Part shown: positions 20,481 to 31,935 of the stretch, piece by piece | Position numbering within the stretch: position 1 is the stretch's first letter | Layout of the letters: each line of letters begins with the position of its first letter | NCBI GenBank assembly: GCA_963833175.1 | Contig: CAWHXC010000004.1 | Span: 924 to 64,923 of the forward strand | Reading direction: 5' to 3' | Length of the DNA: 64,000 bases | DNA from: an uncultured Chloroflexia bacterium | Lineage (GTDB): Bacteria; Chloroflexota; Anaerolineae; Anaerolineales; Villigracilaceae | Made by a program: the position numbers and the translations under genes | The notes under the pieces: model-generated | Database searches by the model: none | The model's input: only the letters and a program-made list of their open reading frames with translations | Told to the model about the DNA's origin: nothing

Positions 20481-23400
20481 ATGACAACTCAAGCGACGCC
20501 AAAACATGACTCTAAACAGAAAAGATTTAAGGGCAGCCTGGCGGGAACTCTTGTACGAACGCTATTAATCTTTACCTTCATTCCCCTTGCCTTAATGGCA
20601 GGTGTTGCCTATTTTCGTGCACGCACACTTTTACAACAACAGGCAGTTACCCAATCTCAAAATCTGCTTTCTGCACAACTCAACATCATCGACAGCGAAG
20701 TAACCAATAAAGAAACCCAGCTTGAGCATTTGTTGGAAAGCAGTGACTTTAAAGTTTAACGGAACTTGCACTACACGCAAACCCAAAGACTAATGAGTTC
20801 CTCGAAATCCGCAATGGCATCCTTCAGGAATTCAACAACCTGAACGCACAGGAAAATTCGCCCTCATTCGATCAATTTCTCTTACTGGATACAGATGGAA
20901 ACATCAAAATTGCAAGCGATCCAAATTGGCAGGGGGGAACGCTCGACCCTTTGGTCTTAGTGCAAACGAAAGATCTCCATTCTATTGCTGCCTACGGGCT
21001 TTCCCCTATCTACGAGAATGAATTTATCCTCGCTACTGTACTGCCCTATAAAACCGAAAGTGGTTCCTTGCTTGGAACAGTTGTGGGGATTACTGAAAAG
21101 AAAAACCTGCAAAAACTTTTTCAACCTTTAAATGGCTTATCGCCGCTGGCAACTACTTATCTCGCTCTGTTAGATCAGAAATTAGTTTACAGCGATCCCG
21201 AAACAGGTGAATTTAGACTTGTCGAATCAAATTCGCAAAATAAATTTAATTCAATATTTCCTGAACTAATGACACAAGAATCGCCGCAGCCAAGGACATT
21301 GGATATTACTACATCCAATGGCGAGGACGCGCTTGTACAACTTCAATGGTCTCCAAAAATACAAACCGGGGTTGTGTTTGAAACAAGGGCCGGCGATATT
21401 TACGGCCAAATAGAAAGTTTGATTCCTTTCACGGTCCTTCTTATTTTAGGCACATTGCTGGCGATAGGTCTGGTAATGGTTGTCGGCATCAACCGCGTGA
21501 TCAAACCGCTACGTTCGCTTTCAGACATCACACGCGGTTATGCTGATGGAGATTGGAGTCGTCGCGCCGAAGTATTAAGCAATGATGAAGTTGGAATATT
21601 AGCCAGTTCATTCAACCAAATGGCTGATGAATTAGGGAAAGTGTATCGTTCGCTTGAGCAAAAAGTGAATGAGGGCGAGCGTCAGATCCGCACCACTGCA
21701 GACGTGGCGCAAAATATCACGACTTTTTCAAATCTTGACGAAACTTTCAACAAAACTGTTGAACTGCTCGTTCAACAATTCGGCTTTTACCAGGCAAGTA
21801 TTTTTTTAATAGAACGCAGCGGAAAGAATATTGAATTCAAAACAGGATTCGGCCCAGCCACGGAGAATCTGGTTAAAAAGAAATACGGGTTGGAAGTTGA
21901 TTCAGAATCCATTATAGGGTGGGTTAGCGCAAATAATCAGGCTCGAATTGCGTCTAATGTAATGGAAGAACCGCTTCATTTAAGGAATGAGCTGCTCCCC
22001 GAAACCCGTTCCGAAGCCAGTGTGCCAATTTCCATCGGCAACCTGGTCCTGGGAGTGCTGGATGTGCAAAGCACGGAAGTGGACGCATTCAGCCCTGAAA
22101 CAGTCATTATGTTGCAGACTTTAGCCAGCCAGATCGCAACAGCCATTCAAGCGGTTGGATTGGCAGAGACAAGCCAAGTCAACTTTGAAGAACTTGCGCG
22201 TCTTTATCGCTCAAGCAGGTTGATTGCAGAAGCGAATACCGAACAAGAGGTCCTGGAAATCAGCAGTCAGATCCTTAAAGAAGCGCCCTACCCTATTATC
22301 TTGTTCCAGATAAAAAATAAAAAACTGGCGATATTCCTGTTCACGGATGCAACGAGAGAGAGCACTACGCCAAACATAAATCTTCCAAAGTTTAGGGAAG
22401 CAAACATGGAAGAGATCGAAAATTACCTACTCGGCGGAGAAGTTTTTGCCGCATTAAATAGTGATGATATTCCCGGTGCATTCGAAGACATTATGCGAGA
22501 GTTGGGGCTTGATAGCACCGCCTATTTGCCAATAAGAAAAAACGGTACATTGGCGGCAATCCTTATGGTTGGTGGGCGAAGTCAGAATCTTTCAAATGCC
22601 ACGATGCAGCCATACATCAACCTAACAGACTTGATGTCAATCACAATGGAAAAAGCCGATGCAATACAGCAAACAAAAAAGCATCTGCACAATGTAGAAG
22701 CGCTTGCATCCCTTACCGAAGCGATCTCTACGGCATCCAATCAACAGGTTTTCTTCAGAACCTTGCAAACCAAACTACGGCAAATCATCGGCAATTACAA
22801 TATGAGTGTTGCACTTTACGATGAAAAAAGTAACACCATCAGTATTCCATTCAATTATGAAAATGAAAAGATTTCCACAATTAGAATCCTTTCCGTTAGG
22901 AGAAGACTTAACATCCATTTTAATTCGTACCTGTCAACCATTGATGCTTGTGGAAGATACTGAGCACAAAGCTGCCGCACTTGGAGCAAAGATGGCTGGC
23001 AAACCCGCCCGCTCATGGATGGGAGCGCCCATGCTTGTACAAAATAGACCCATCGGCGCGTTGGTCATTCAAGATACTGATAATGAACACGCCTTTAATG
23101 AAGAAGACCTGAAATTCTTCAATGCCATCGCCGGGCAGGCGGCTGGTGTAATGAACAACACCCACCTTCTCGAAGAAAGCCAGCGTAGAACCATCCAACT
23201 GGAAACTGCCGCAGAAATTGCGCGCGACATCAGCAGTTCACTTAATCTCGACGAGCTTTTGGTCAAAGCAGTAAATTTTATTCGTGAACGTTTTGATTTT
23301 TATCATGCATCTGTTTTCATGCATGATCTACAAGGGGAGTTCACCGTAATCCGCGAGGCAACTGGTGAGGCTGGCATTCAAATGAAACGAGCTGGCTATA

Positions 23401-24356
23401 AGATCGGCATTGGATCCAAATCCATTGTCGGTTTTGTAAGCAGCCGAGGTGAACAACTTGTAGTGGATAATACGGCTAAAGATGCCACCTACTATGCAAA
23501 TCCCCTCTTCCCAAATACCCGTTCGGAAGCCGCTTTCCCACTAAAGGTCGGCGAGCGCATTTTGGGTGAAATAGATGTTCAAAGCATTCATCCCTATGCA
23601 TTTACCGAGGATAAAATACGAAGTTTACAAATCCTTGCAGACCAAATGGCTATTGCTTTGGTCAACACAGAACTATTTTCAGAAACACAGGAACATTTAT
23701 CTCAACATCGCCTCTTGCATCACATCACAACAACTGCGGCATCTGGTACAACGCTTGAAGAGGCATTGGAAAGCGCGGTAAACGGGCTGCAAGTAACCCT
23801 TGGCGGGGACCGTGTAACCATCCTTCTGACAAACCGAGAAAAAAATACCCTTGAAGTAAAGGCTTCCACTGGCTATGCGGAAGACATCACAAAAGTGGAG
23901 ATTCCAATTGGAAGTGGCATCACCGGCTGGGCCGCAGCACACAAACGTCCGCTTCGGGTAAAAAATGTCGGCGAAGATCCACGCTATATATTAGTCAGCT
24001 CAAATACACGTTCCGAGTTAGCCATCCCGCTGGTTTATCGTAATGAATTACTTGGCGTATTAAATGTGGAAAGTGAATTGATTGACGCATACACCGAAAA
24101 TGATGAGGAAATGCTTGGCACCCTTGGCGGGAGCCTTGCAGCCATCATTGCCAACGCTCGCCTGCTGGAACAAATCCGCGTACAAGCGGAGCGAGACCGC
24201 TTAATTTATGAAGTAACCAGCAAGATACGCAGGTCAACGGATATTCAATCAATTATGGCCGCGACAGCAAGCGAATTAACGAGACTCACCGGAGCACGCT
24301 ACGCCAAGATACAGATCAAACCTGTAAACAATACGAAACAGGAAGATACTCAATGA
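20481..24356 (+). CDS. receptor 1: TM-extracellular (Cache-like)-TM-HAMP-multi-GAF, no catalytic output (frameshifts near 20757 and 22880)
   Basis: ORFs 20445..20759, 20951..22963 and 22806..24356 form one architecture; HAMP DEVGILASSFNQM; about five GAF repeats (PETRSEASVP, PNTRSEAAFP, NTRSELAIP). Confidence 0.8.
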
Positions 24357-25945
24357 TGGAAAGTAATCCTTCCAAAGACACATCAGCCACTCCGGAAGAG
24401 GCAACCCGCCTGATGTACAAGAACTGGCGTGAACAGTTCGCAATGCCACTTCTAATAGGTACGCTAATATTAGGCGTATTCGTCTTAATTCCTTCTGTAC
24501 AAAGCGCCGGCAACATAATTATCAAGGCGATCTTTATTATCGCCTACGTAGCAACGGGTATTGTTACCGTTGTCCGCTTTTCATATTCTGTACGTATCGG
24601 TGTTTTTCTTTTTGTAGTCTACGCACTTGGCGTAAGTGAATTATTTAGATACGGGATTTTAGGCGACAGTTCATTCTTCTTGTTAGGATTAATCGTTTTA
24701 GCCACCCTGTTACTTTCACCACGAGTCGGCATAATTGCAATGGCTATAAATACCCTTACAATCATTTTGGTTGGCTGGCTTATGCTAAGTGAAACGATCG
24801 CGCCACTTGCCCCTTTCACGTCTCCTGCACTCTTCCAGGACTGGGTAAGTGGCGGTGTCATGATCATCATATTTGGAACAATAACCATCCTGGGGCTCCA
24901 ACGACTCGAAAAAGCTTTTCTGGAAACGCAAATACAAATTGATACGAACTTAAATACGATCAAGGACGAGCGCAACAACCTTGAAAAAAAAGTTCTGCAA
25001 CGTACTCAACAATTGCATAGGGTAAACGAAATTGGGCGCACGATCACAGCCGTACTAGATCCTGAAGAACTGCTTTCCCGAGCCGCGCAGTTGATAGGCG
25101 ATGAATTTGAATGTTATTACACTGCCATCTTTTTGACAGATACCTCAGGTCAATGGGCCGAACTAAAAGTAGCGACTGGGGATGCAGGTAAAGTATTGAG
25201 GGAAAACAAACATCACCTGGATATCAACGGAAAAAACGCGATCGGCACTGCCATACGCACAAAACAAGCTCGCATCATGTCGGACAGCGGGCCTGATCCT
25301 GTCCGATTTGATAATCCCCTACTCCCATACACCCGCTCTCAGATCGCGCTGCCGCTTATCATCGGCGAACAGGTTATCGGCGCACTGGAAATGCACTCGA
25401 CAAAGGAAAATGCTTTTTCGCAACAGGACGCAGACACATATCAAAATATGTCTAATCAAGTAGCGATTGCGCTCGAAAACTCGCGCCTATTCACGGAAGC
25501 GCAACAAAGCATCCATGAAATGAGCGCAACGCAACAACAATATTTACAAGGAGTTTGGTTATCGCTCGCATCTGAACAGAAACTCGATCACACAATTGGG
25601 GATCGTGATTCAGCTGGCAATCAAGAAATTAACATCCCGCTTACCTTGCGCGATCAGATCATCGGACAGGTCAATATGGCAAGTTTGGATGAATGGACAC
25701 CCGAGCAAAAAGACCTGATCGAATCCATTGCAGCACAAGCCGCCCTTGCACTGGAGAACGCGCGTCTGGTGGAGGAAAGCCAATCTATCGCGATACGTGA
25801 AAGATTGGTAAACGAGGTTACTTCAAAAATTTGGGCATCTACAACCATGGATAGTATCCTCCAAACAACGGTTCGAGAGTTGGGACGTGCACTCGAAGCG
25901 GCTGAAGTTGATATAGAAGTATCGATGGATGATAATAATGAATAA
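24353..25945 (+). CDS. receptor 2: multi-TM + GAF + permuted GAF tail
   Basis: about six TM segments, coiled coil, NPLLPYTRSQIALPL, ALENARL, ILQTTVRELG. Confidence 0.85.
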   Translation: MMESNPSKDTSATPEEATRLMYKNWREQFAMPLLIGTLILGVFVLIPSVQSAGNIIIKAIFIIAYVATGIVTVVRFSYSVRIGVFLFVVYALGVSELFRYGILGDSSFFLLGLIVLATLLLSPRVGIIAMAINTLTIILVGWLMLSETIAPLAPFTSPALFQDWVSGGVMIIIFGTITILGLQRLEKAFLETQIQIDTNLNTIKDERNNLEKKVLQRTQQLHRVNEIGRTITAVLDPEELLSRAAQLIGDEFECYYTAIFLTDTSGQWAELKVATGDAGKVLRENKHHLDINGKNAIGTAIRTKQARIMSDSGPDPVRFDNPLLPYTRSQIALPLIIGEQVIGALEMHSTKENAFSQQDADTYQNMSNQVAIALENSRLFTEAQQSIHEMSATQQQYLQGVWLSLASEQKLDHTIGDRDSAGNQEINIPLTLRDQIIGQVNMASLDEWTPEQKDLIESIAAQAALALENARLVEESQSIAIRERLVNEVTSKIWASTTMDSILQTTVRELGRALEAAEVDIEVSMDDNNE

Positions 25946-27614
25946 CAAAACACCATCTTTCCAAACCTCCAACCAGGAGGATATTAGTTCAGATACCCTT
26001 GATTACAAAGGCTGGCGTGAACGATTTATTGTGACCATTCTGCGCATTATATGCGTGCTAGGCATTGCTTTAATTGCGATCTCATTTCCAACTGCAACTG
26101 CCACGGATCGGATTTTGTTTTTCAGCCTTTACTTCGCTTTGCTCATGGTTACCATTTTGCGGGTAAAGTATTCGATACGCGCTTTCGCCCTGGTTTTTAT
26201 GATATACATCATCAGCGCAAACGCTATCCTTGCATGGGGACCGTGGATTGATGGAAGTCTCTTTTTTGCGGCCTTTGTAACTTTGTCTGCCTTGTTGTTC
26301 GATCAACGCATCGATATCATCGCTTTGGTGATCAGCATATTTACATTTGTAGTAGTAGCCGTTTTGCAACAATTGGGCATTCATGAGCTTAACGCTAACG
26401 CACCCGCCACCACAGCCATTGATTGGATTACATACACAATTGATTTCTCCATTATCAGCATAATCCTCATTGTTGCCATCAACCAGTTCAAAGGCGAGTT
26501 TATCCACGTAGTGCAGGAAATACAAAGCACACTCAAGATGATCTCAACTGAGCGGATGCAATTGGAAAACAGAGTACATGAACGTACAGATGAGCTGGAA
26601 ACACGGGCCATACAGCTACGTTCTTCCGCCGCCATCTCCAAAACAATCGCAGAGATACAAGATATTTCCGATCTAATGGAAACGACAACGAGGCTAACAT
26701 CGGATCAATTTGGGTACTATCATGTGGGTTTATATTTATTGGATGAACGCAAAAAAACTGCATTCCTGCAGACTTCCTCTTCCATGACCGGAAAACAACT
26801 TATTGGTCAGGGTTTTCGTATAGAACCAGACAGACTTAACCTATTCAACCTGGTTGTTCAATTTAAACGTCCCTATATCACATCGGACATTGATGATGTA
26901 AATTTTGTTCGCGACGTTAATTTTCCACTCACACGCTCACGCATGTTGTTACCACTTACAGTTCGTAATAACGTAATCGGCATATTGGATATGCACTCTG
27001 ACCAATCTCAATCTTTCACTACACAAGACGCTGAAGTGTTGCAAACACTTGCTGATCTGGTGGCAATTTCCATTGACAATGCCCGCCTTATTAATGAAAC
27101 AAAAAATTTGGTGCGCCAACTGGAAACAAACACATCCATCCAAACTCGCGAAATATGGACAAAATTCACAAGCCGCCACAAACCGGCGTATCAATATACC
27201 CCAGCGGGGGTACGTCCACTCTTCGCGAACAACAAGCAGGACAACCCGGATGGGTTGCGCGTTCCCCTCGTATTACATGGACAGAATATTGGTAACATCA
27301 TCTTAAAAAGAAAAGGCTCCACACGTTCGTGGTCTGAGCGCGAGCGCGTTTTGGTGGAGAAAGTCGCAAACCAGGTGGCGCTTGCACTTGAAAATAGCCG
27401 TCTCGTAGATGAAACTCAAAAAAACGCTGTGCGTGACCAGGTAATCGCAAATATTTCCGCCCGTGTTCGAGAAACTCTTGATGTTGAGTCAGTATTACGC
27501 ACTGCCACAACTGAATTACGCAGGGCGTTTGACTTAAAGGAAGCTGAGATCACTATCGGTACCCCAGACAGCGCACCTATAAAAAAGCACACAGATGCGC
27601 TTCAACTAAAGTAA
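25929..27614 (+). CDS. receptor 3: multi-TM + GAF + permuted GAF tail
   Basis: N-terminus paralogous to receptor 2 (YK.WRE.F); YYHVGLYLLD, FPLTRSRMLLPL, ALENSRL. Confidence 0.85.
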   Translation: MIIMNNKTPSFQTSNQEDISSDTLDYKGWRERFIVTILRIICVLGIALIAISFPTATATDRILFFSLYFALLMVTILRVKYSIRAFALVFMIYIISANAILAWGPWIDGSLFFAAFVTLSALLFDQRIDIIALVISIFTFVVVAVLQQLGIHELNANAPATTAIDWITYTIDFSIISIILIVAINQFKGEFIHVVQEIQSTLKMISTERMQLENRVHERTDELETRAIQLRSSAAISKTIAEIQDISDLMETTTRLTSDQFGYYHVGLYLLDERKKTAFLQTSSSMTGKQLIGQGFRIEPDRLNLFNLVVQFKRPYITSDIDDVNFVRDVNFPLTRSRMLLPLTVRNNVIGILDMHSDQSQSFTTQDAEVLQTLADLVAISIDNARLINETKNLVRQLETNTSIQTREIWTKFTSRHKPAYQYTPAGVRPLFANNKQDNPDGLRVPLVLHGQNIGNIILKRKGSTRSWSERERVLVEKVANQVALALENSRLVDETQKNAVRDQVIANISARVRETLDVESVLRTATTELRRAFDLKEAEITIGTPDSAPIKKHTDALQLK

Positions 27615-27745
27615 TTAAGGCTGAATCTCCGATGAATATTTGGAATGGAAGAACCGCACAAAGAAAAGGTGTAGAAGGCAAAGCGACCTCAATTCGACCT
27701 TTTTCAGAGCGAATTGCCTAACATTAAGAGGAATTTTACACACCA

Positions 27746-30163
27746 ATGTCTATTACCCGGCCGCTATCGAAGTTAAAAACTCCGCCTCCAACAAGAGGAG
27801 TTTTTCGTCGCCACATAAGCTTGAGGATTAAACTGCCATTAATAGTCATTTTTTTGTTGTCGATTGCTCTGCTGATTTCGACAATCCTTAGCATCAGGGC
27901 AACTCGAGCAGCTTTAATTGACACGTTGAAAAACGAACTGACAGCTTATGCAGATTCAAAAGCCGAACTTATCCGCTCCAACCTGATTTGGACAAAAGGT
28001 GTGGCAACAGATTTAGCCGCCTCCGCCGAGACGGTCAATTATGATGAGGAGAGCATCAAAAAAACCATCAGCAACACCCTGGCTCACAATGAACAGATAT
28101 TTGGTTCAACGATTGCTTATGAGCCTTATCAATTTCAGCCTGAACTTTACTACTGGGCACCTTATTATAGCCGTACACCCAACGGCGATCTGCAATTTAC
28201 CCAACTTGGGAATCGTGAATATGACTACTTTAATTGGGAATGGTATACCCTGCCCAAAGCAAAGCTCGTGCCAGTTTTATCTCCCCCCTATTTTGATAAG
28301 GGCGGCGGTGAAATATGGATGGTTACCTGGAGTGCGCCATTTTTCGATGATGAAGGAAAGTTCAAAGGTGTTGCAACAGCCGATATCGCCTTCTCGCAAA
28401 CACAGGATATTGTAAACAATATATCAGTTGGCAAGAATGGTTATGCCTTTTTACTGGATCCCCAAGGAATGATTTTGGGGATCGGCGATAATGGAAGCGA
28501 ACACCAAATAATGGCAGATTTCTTATTAGCCGCCGCGCAGACATCACAAAATGAAGACTTGGAAAACCTGGTTTCTGCAATGACGGCTGGCGGCAAAGGC
28601 TTTGCCGAAGTAGAGGATGCGCAGGGGCAATCATTCTTTGTGGCCTACACACCTATTGGACTTGACACTGGTTGGTCGTTGGGGCTAGCTTTTCCGCAAG
28701 CCGACCTTTTTTTGAAAGCTACGCAACTTCAAAATACGCTTATTTTTTATGCGGTCATTTTGATAATAGTCTTTGGCGCCCTTATATATCTATACACCCT
28801 TTCCATTACCGAACCACTCCGCCGCTTAACCTTGTATGTCAGCCGTTTCTCGCCAGAGCAATTGCGTCTGAACAAGGATCAAACAATAGAACCAGTTCAA
28901 ATTCATACGCGTGATGAATTGGAAGACCTCGCTACAGTTTTCCATGAGATAACCACTAATCTGGTACACGCGTTCGATAATTTTGAAGAACGAATTACCG
29001 AACGCACGCGCGAAATTGAGCGCCGTAGCAATCTATTAAAAGCTGTAGCGGGTGTCGGTAAAGCCATTACATCTTTTCGTGAACTTTCTGAACTTTTACA
29101 ACAAGCCACATACCTCATCCACGAGAATTTTGGATATTATCATGTCGGCATCTTTTTGCTGGATGAGCATAAAGAATACGCAGTGTTGAGCGCCGCCAAC
29201 AGCCAAGGCGGACTGCGCATGTTGGAAAAGAAGCACCAACTCAAAGTTGGTGAAACAGGCATCGTGGGGTACGTCACTCAAAATGCAAAGGCTCGTATCG
29301 CATTAGATGTTGGTAAGGATGCCATTTATTTTGACAATCCTGATCTGCCGCAAACGCGCTCTGAAATGGCACTCCCGCTTATGGTAGGCGGGCAGATCCT
29401 CGGCGCTTTGGATGTGCAAAGCACGGAACCCCAAGCCTTTTCTGAGGAAGATATTTCCACGTTACAGATTCTTGCAGAGCAAATTGCCGTTGCCATCCAA
29501 AATGCAAATTTATTCGACGAAGCCGAAAAAGCACTCGAGACTTCCCGCATGAGTTACGGTGATGTAAGCCGCGATGCATGGAGCAAAATCCTGCGCAACC
29601 AGCCACGAATTGGTTTCCTTGCCACCCCCCCCACTACAGTGCAAATCCATTCTGAGAACCTCGAGGCCAATCTCGCCAAGGCAATTGAAACTGGAGACCT
29701 TATTATCGGAAGCGATGGATTAACGATAAGCATGCCGATCAGAGTGCGCGGACAAACCATTGGCGCCATCCGTCTGAAAAAATCCGCGATCGCAGAATCG
29801 TGGACTCAAGATGAGACCAACCTAGCAATAGCGTTATCAGACCAATTAAGCGGGGCATTGGAAAGCGCGCGTCTTTATAAAGAATCTCAACAACACGCCG
29901 CGCGCGAATCGCTCATCTCGGATATTTCTGCACGGATCAGCGCCATCTCGAATACAGAGACTATCGTGCGCGAAACAGTGCAGGAACTTGGCCAGACACT
30001 TGTAAATGCATCGGTTACTTTCCAATTGTTAGATCAACCAAATGGACAGAAACAGGCCAAGGACGATATCCCCCCGAAAGAACATCAGGACAATGTGAAT
30101 TCGTCGAATGGTCAAGATAAGCAAAGCGAAACATTGGATAACACTAGAAAGGCGAGAGAGTAG
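27746..30163 (+). CDS. receptor 4: dCache-HAMP-GAF + permuted GAF tail
   Basis: two TM around WEWY..PYFD..GVATADI, GYAFLLD; HAMP DELEDL; NPDLPQTRSEMALPL. Confidence 0.88.
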   Translation: MSITRPLSKLKTPPPTRGVFRRHISLRIKLPLIVIFLLSIALLISTILSIRATRAALIDTLKNELTAYADSKAELIRSNLIWTKGVATDLAASAETVNYDEESIKKTISNTLAHNEQIFGSTIAYEPYQFQPELYYWAPYYSRTPNGDLQFTQLGNREYDYFNWEWYTLPKAKLVPVLSPPYFDKGGGEIWMVTWSAPFFDDEGKFKGVATADIAFSQTQDIVNNISVGKNGYAFLLDPQGMILGIGDNGSEHQIMADFLLAAAQTSQNEDLENLVSAMTAGGKGFAEVEDAQGQSFFVAYTPIGLDTGWSLGLAFPQADLFLKATQLQNTLIFYAVILIIVFGALIYLYTLSITEPLRRLTLYVSRFSPEQLRLNKDQTIEPVQIHTRDELEDLATVFHEITTNLVHAFDNFEERITERTREIERRSNLLKAVAGVGKAITSFRELSELLQQATYLIHENFGYYHVGIFLLDEHKEYAVLSAANSQGGLRMLEKKHQLKVGETGIVGYVTQNAKARIALDVGKDAIYFDNPDLPQTRSEMALPLMVGGQILGALDVQSTEPQAFSEEDISTLQILAEQIAVAIQNANLFDEAEKALETSRMSYGDVSRDAWSKILRNQPRIGFLATPPTTVQIHSENLEANLAKAIETGDLIIGSDGLTISMPIRVRGQTIGAIRLKKSAIAESWTQDETNLAIALSDQLSGALESARLYKESQQHAARESLISDISARISAISNTETIVRETVQELGQTLVNASVTFQLLDQPNGQKQAKDDIPPKEHQDNVNSSNGQDKQSETLDNTRKARE

Positions 30164-30165
30164 GC

Positions 30166-31926
30166 ATGTCAAATCTTCAGCCTGTAAAAAATCAAGAGCG
30201 AACTTTCTCACAACGAGCCAGACAATTCTGGTTGAGAATGATTGAACCCCACCCATCGGTAACTGAGATTGGCGAGTTCCATCGCGCACAATTGCTTTCA
30301 ACGCTTACTCTGATCTTGAGTGTGTTTTTATTCTGCGCACTCTTTTCACGGCCAAATAGTATTGGTGTTTTCCTTGTGTTAGGCGGCATTACTTTAACTT
30401 CATATACCCTCAGCAGAACACAATACTATCGTTTCGGAGCTTATATCTTTACCTACGCATTCACAGCGGTCGGATTTATAAGGATTTATCAAGGGACTGC
30501 CAACTCCGTTGATTCGTCCATCTTTTCAACTGTGATCATTTCACTTATCTTTTCCAGTGTATTACTTTCACAAAGAGGTTTCTTAACCCTTGCCATCCTA
30601 ACAACTATAGCCACTTTTACAGCACCTTTGTATTCCAATTCACCAATTACAGAAGTTGACAACTTCGCCCGCACGGGCGGCGTGGTGCTCGTGATCGGGG
30701 CAATATTGTATGGCATTCAAATTTTCCGCGCGAATCTGGAAAAAGAGAGCTTGAAAGAGTTAAGTGATGCAAACCGCGAACTTGAAGATATTGCAACAAA
30801 TCTTGAGCAGCGCATCGGAGCGCGCACTCTTGAACTGGAAAGAGCCAATCAACAGGTTCAAGCAAGAGCCGCCCGACTTCAGATCATCTCGGAAATTTCA
30901 CATGAAATTACCTCCAATGTAGACCAACAACTTAAAGAGTTGCTTAATCGCATCACACGATTGATCAGTGAAAAACTTGGTTTTTATCATGTTGGCATTT
31001 TCCTGCTTGATGAAAACCGAGAATTTGCAGTGTTGCGCGCCGCCAACAGTGAGGGTGGTCAACGTATGTTGAACCGTCGCCATCAATTAAAAGTTGGCGG
31101 CATTGGCATCGTAGGGTATGTCTCGCAAGGCGGACGCCCACGCATTGCACTTGACACTGGGTCAGATGCGGTGTTCTTCAACAATCCAGATCTTCCTAGA
31201 ACGCGCTCTGAAATTGCCCTGCCTCTAAAATATGGCCCAACAATTATTGGCGTATTGGATGTGCAAAGCACCCTCCCCTCCGCGTTTAACGATGAAGATA
31301 CAAATCTATTAAGTACACTCACTGACCAGATAGCCATTGTTATTACCACCATACTGACCAATGAACGCGGCGGGCTTGGGTTTTCTTCACAAAATATGAT
31401 CAAGCGCGGCGAAAGTCAGAATATACAAAGCGGATATTCCTACCTTCCAGATGGGACGATTTCCAGCGCGACTCTCACCAGCAATTCCATGATAGACCAA
31501 GCAATCGCAACTGGCGAAACCGTGATGTTGACTCAGCCTGCGAAAAACATTCCTGCCGCCCTGGCTGTTCCTGTCAAATTCCGAGATCAGGTAATCGGCA
31601 TTATTCATATTGAAGCCGCTGAACCCGATCGAAAATGGACAGAAGATGAGGTGATCATAGTACAGGCTATTTCAGACCGCGCCGCATTCGCATTGGAAAA
31701 TGCCCGCTTGTTTGAAGAAACAAGACGCCGCGCAGAGCAGGAAGAAACCATCGCAAGTGTCACCACTCAGATCGGCGCTTCCACAGATTTCAACCGTATC
31801 CTGCAAACGACCATTCAGGAACTTGGGCGAGCTTTAGGCGCTTCGCGCTCATTTATTCAATTGGGCACGCCGCCTGAAAATGAAAATATAGCTGAAGAAA
31901 ACGCACCCGTTAATACTGTTAGATAA
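30166..31926 (+). CDS. receptor 5: multi-TM + GAF + permuted GAF tail
   Basis: hydrophobic N-terminus, FYHVGIFLLD, NPDLPRTRSEIALPL, ALENARL. Confidence 0.85.
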   Translation: MSNLQPVKNQERTFSQRARQFWLRMIEPHPSVTEIGEFHRAQLLSTLTLILSVFLFCALFSRPNSIGVFLVLGGITLTSYTLSRTQYYRFGAYIFTYAFTAVGFIRIYQGTANSVDSSIFSTVIISLIFSSVLLSQRGFLTLAILTTIATFTAPLYSNSPITEVDNFARTGGVVLVIGAILYGIQIFRANLEKESLKELSDANRELEDIATNLEQRIGARTLELERANQQVQARAARLQIISEISHEITSNVDQQLKELLNRITRLISEKLGFYHVGIFLLDENREFAVLRAANSEGGQRMLNRRHQLKVGGIGIVGYVSQGGRPRIALDTGSDAVFFNNPDLPRTRSEIALPLKYGPTIIGVLDVQSTLPSAFNDEDTNLLSTLTDQIAIVITTILTNERGGLGFSSQNMIKRGESQNIQSGYSYLPDGTISSATLTSNSMIDQAIATGETVMLTQPAKNIPAALAVPVKFRDQVIGIIHIEAAEPDRKWTEDEVIIVQAISDRAAFALENARLFEETRRRAEQEETIASVTTQIGASTDFNRILQTTIQELGRALGASRSFIQLGTPPENENIAEENAPVNTVR

Positions 31927-31935
31927 AAGGTTAAT

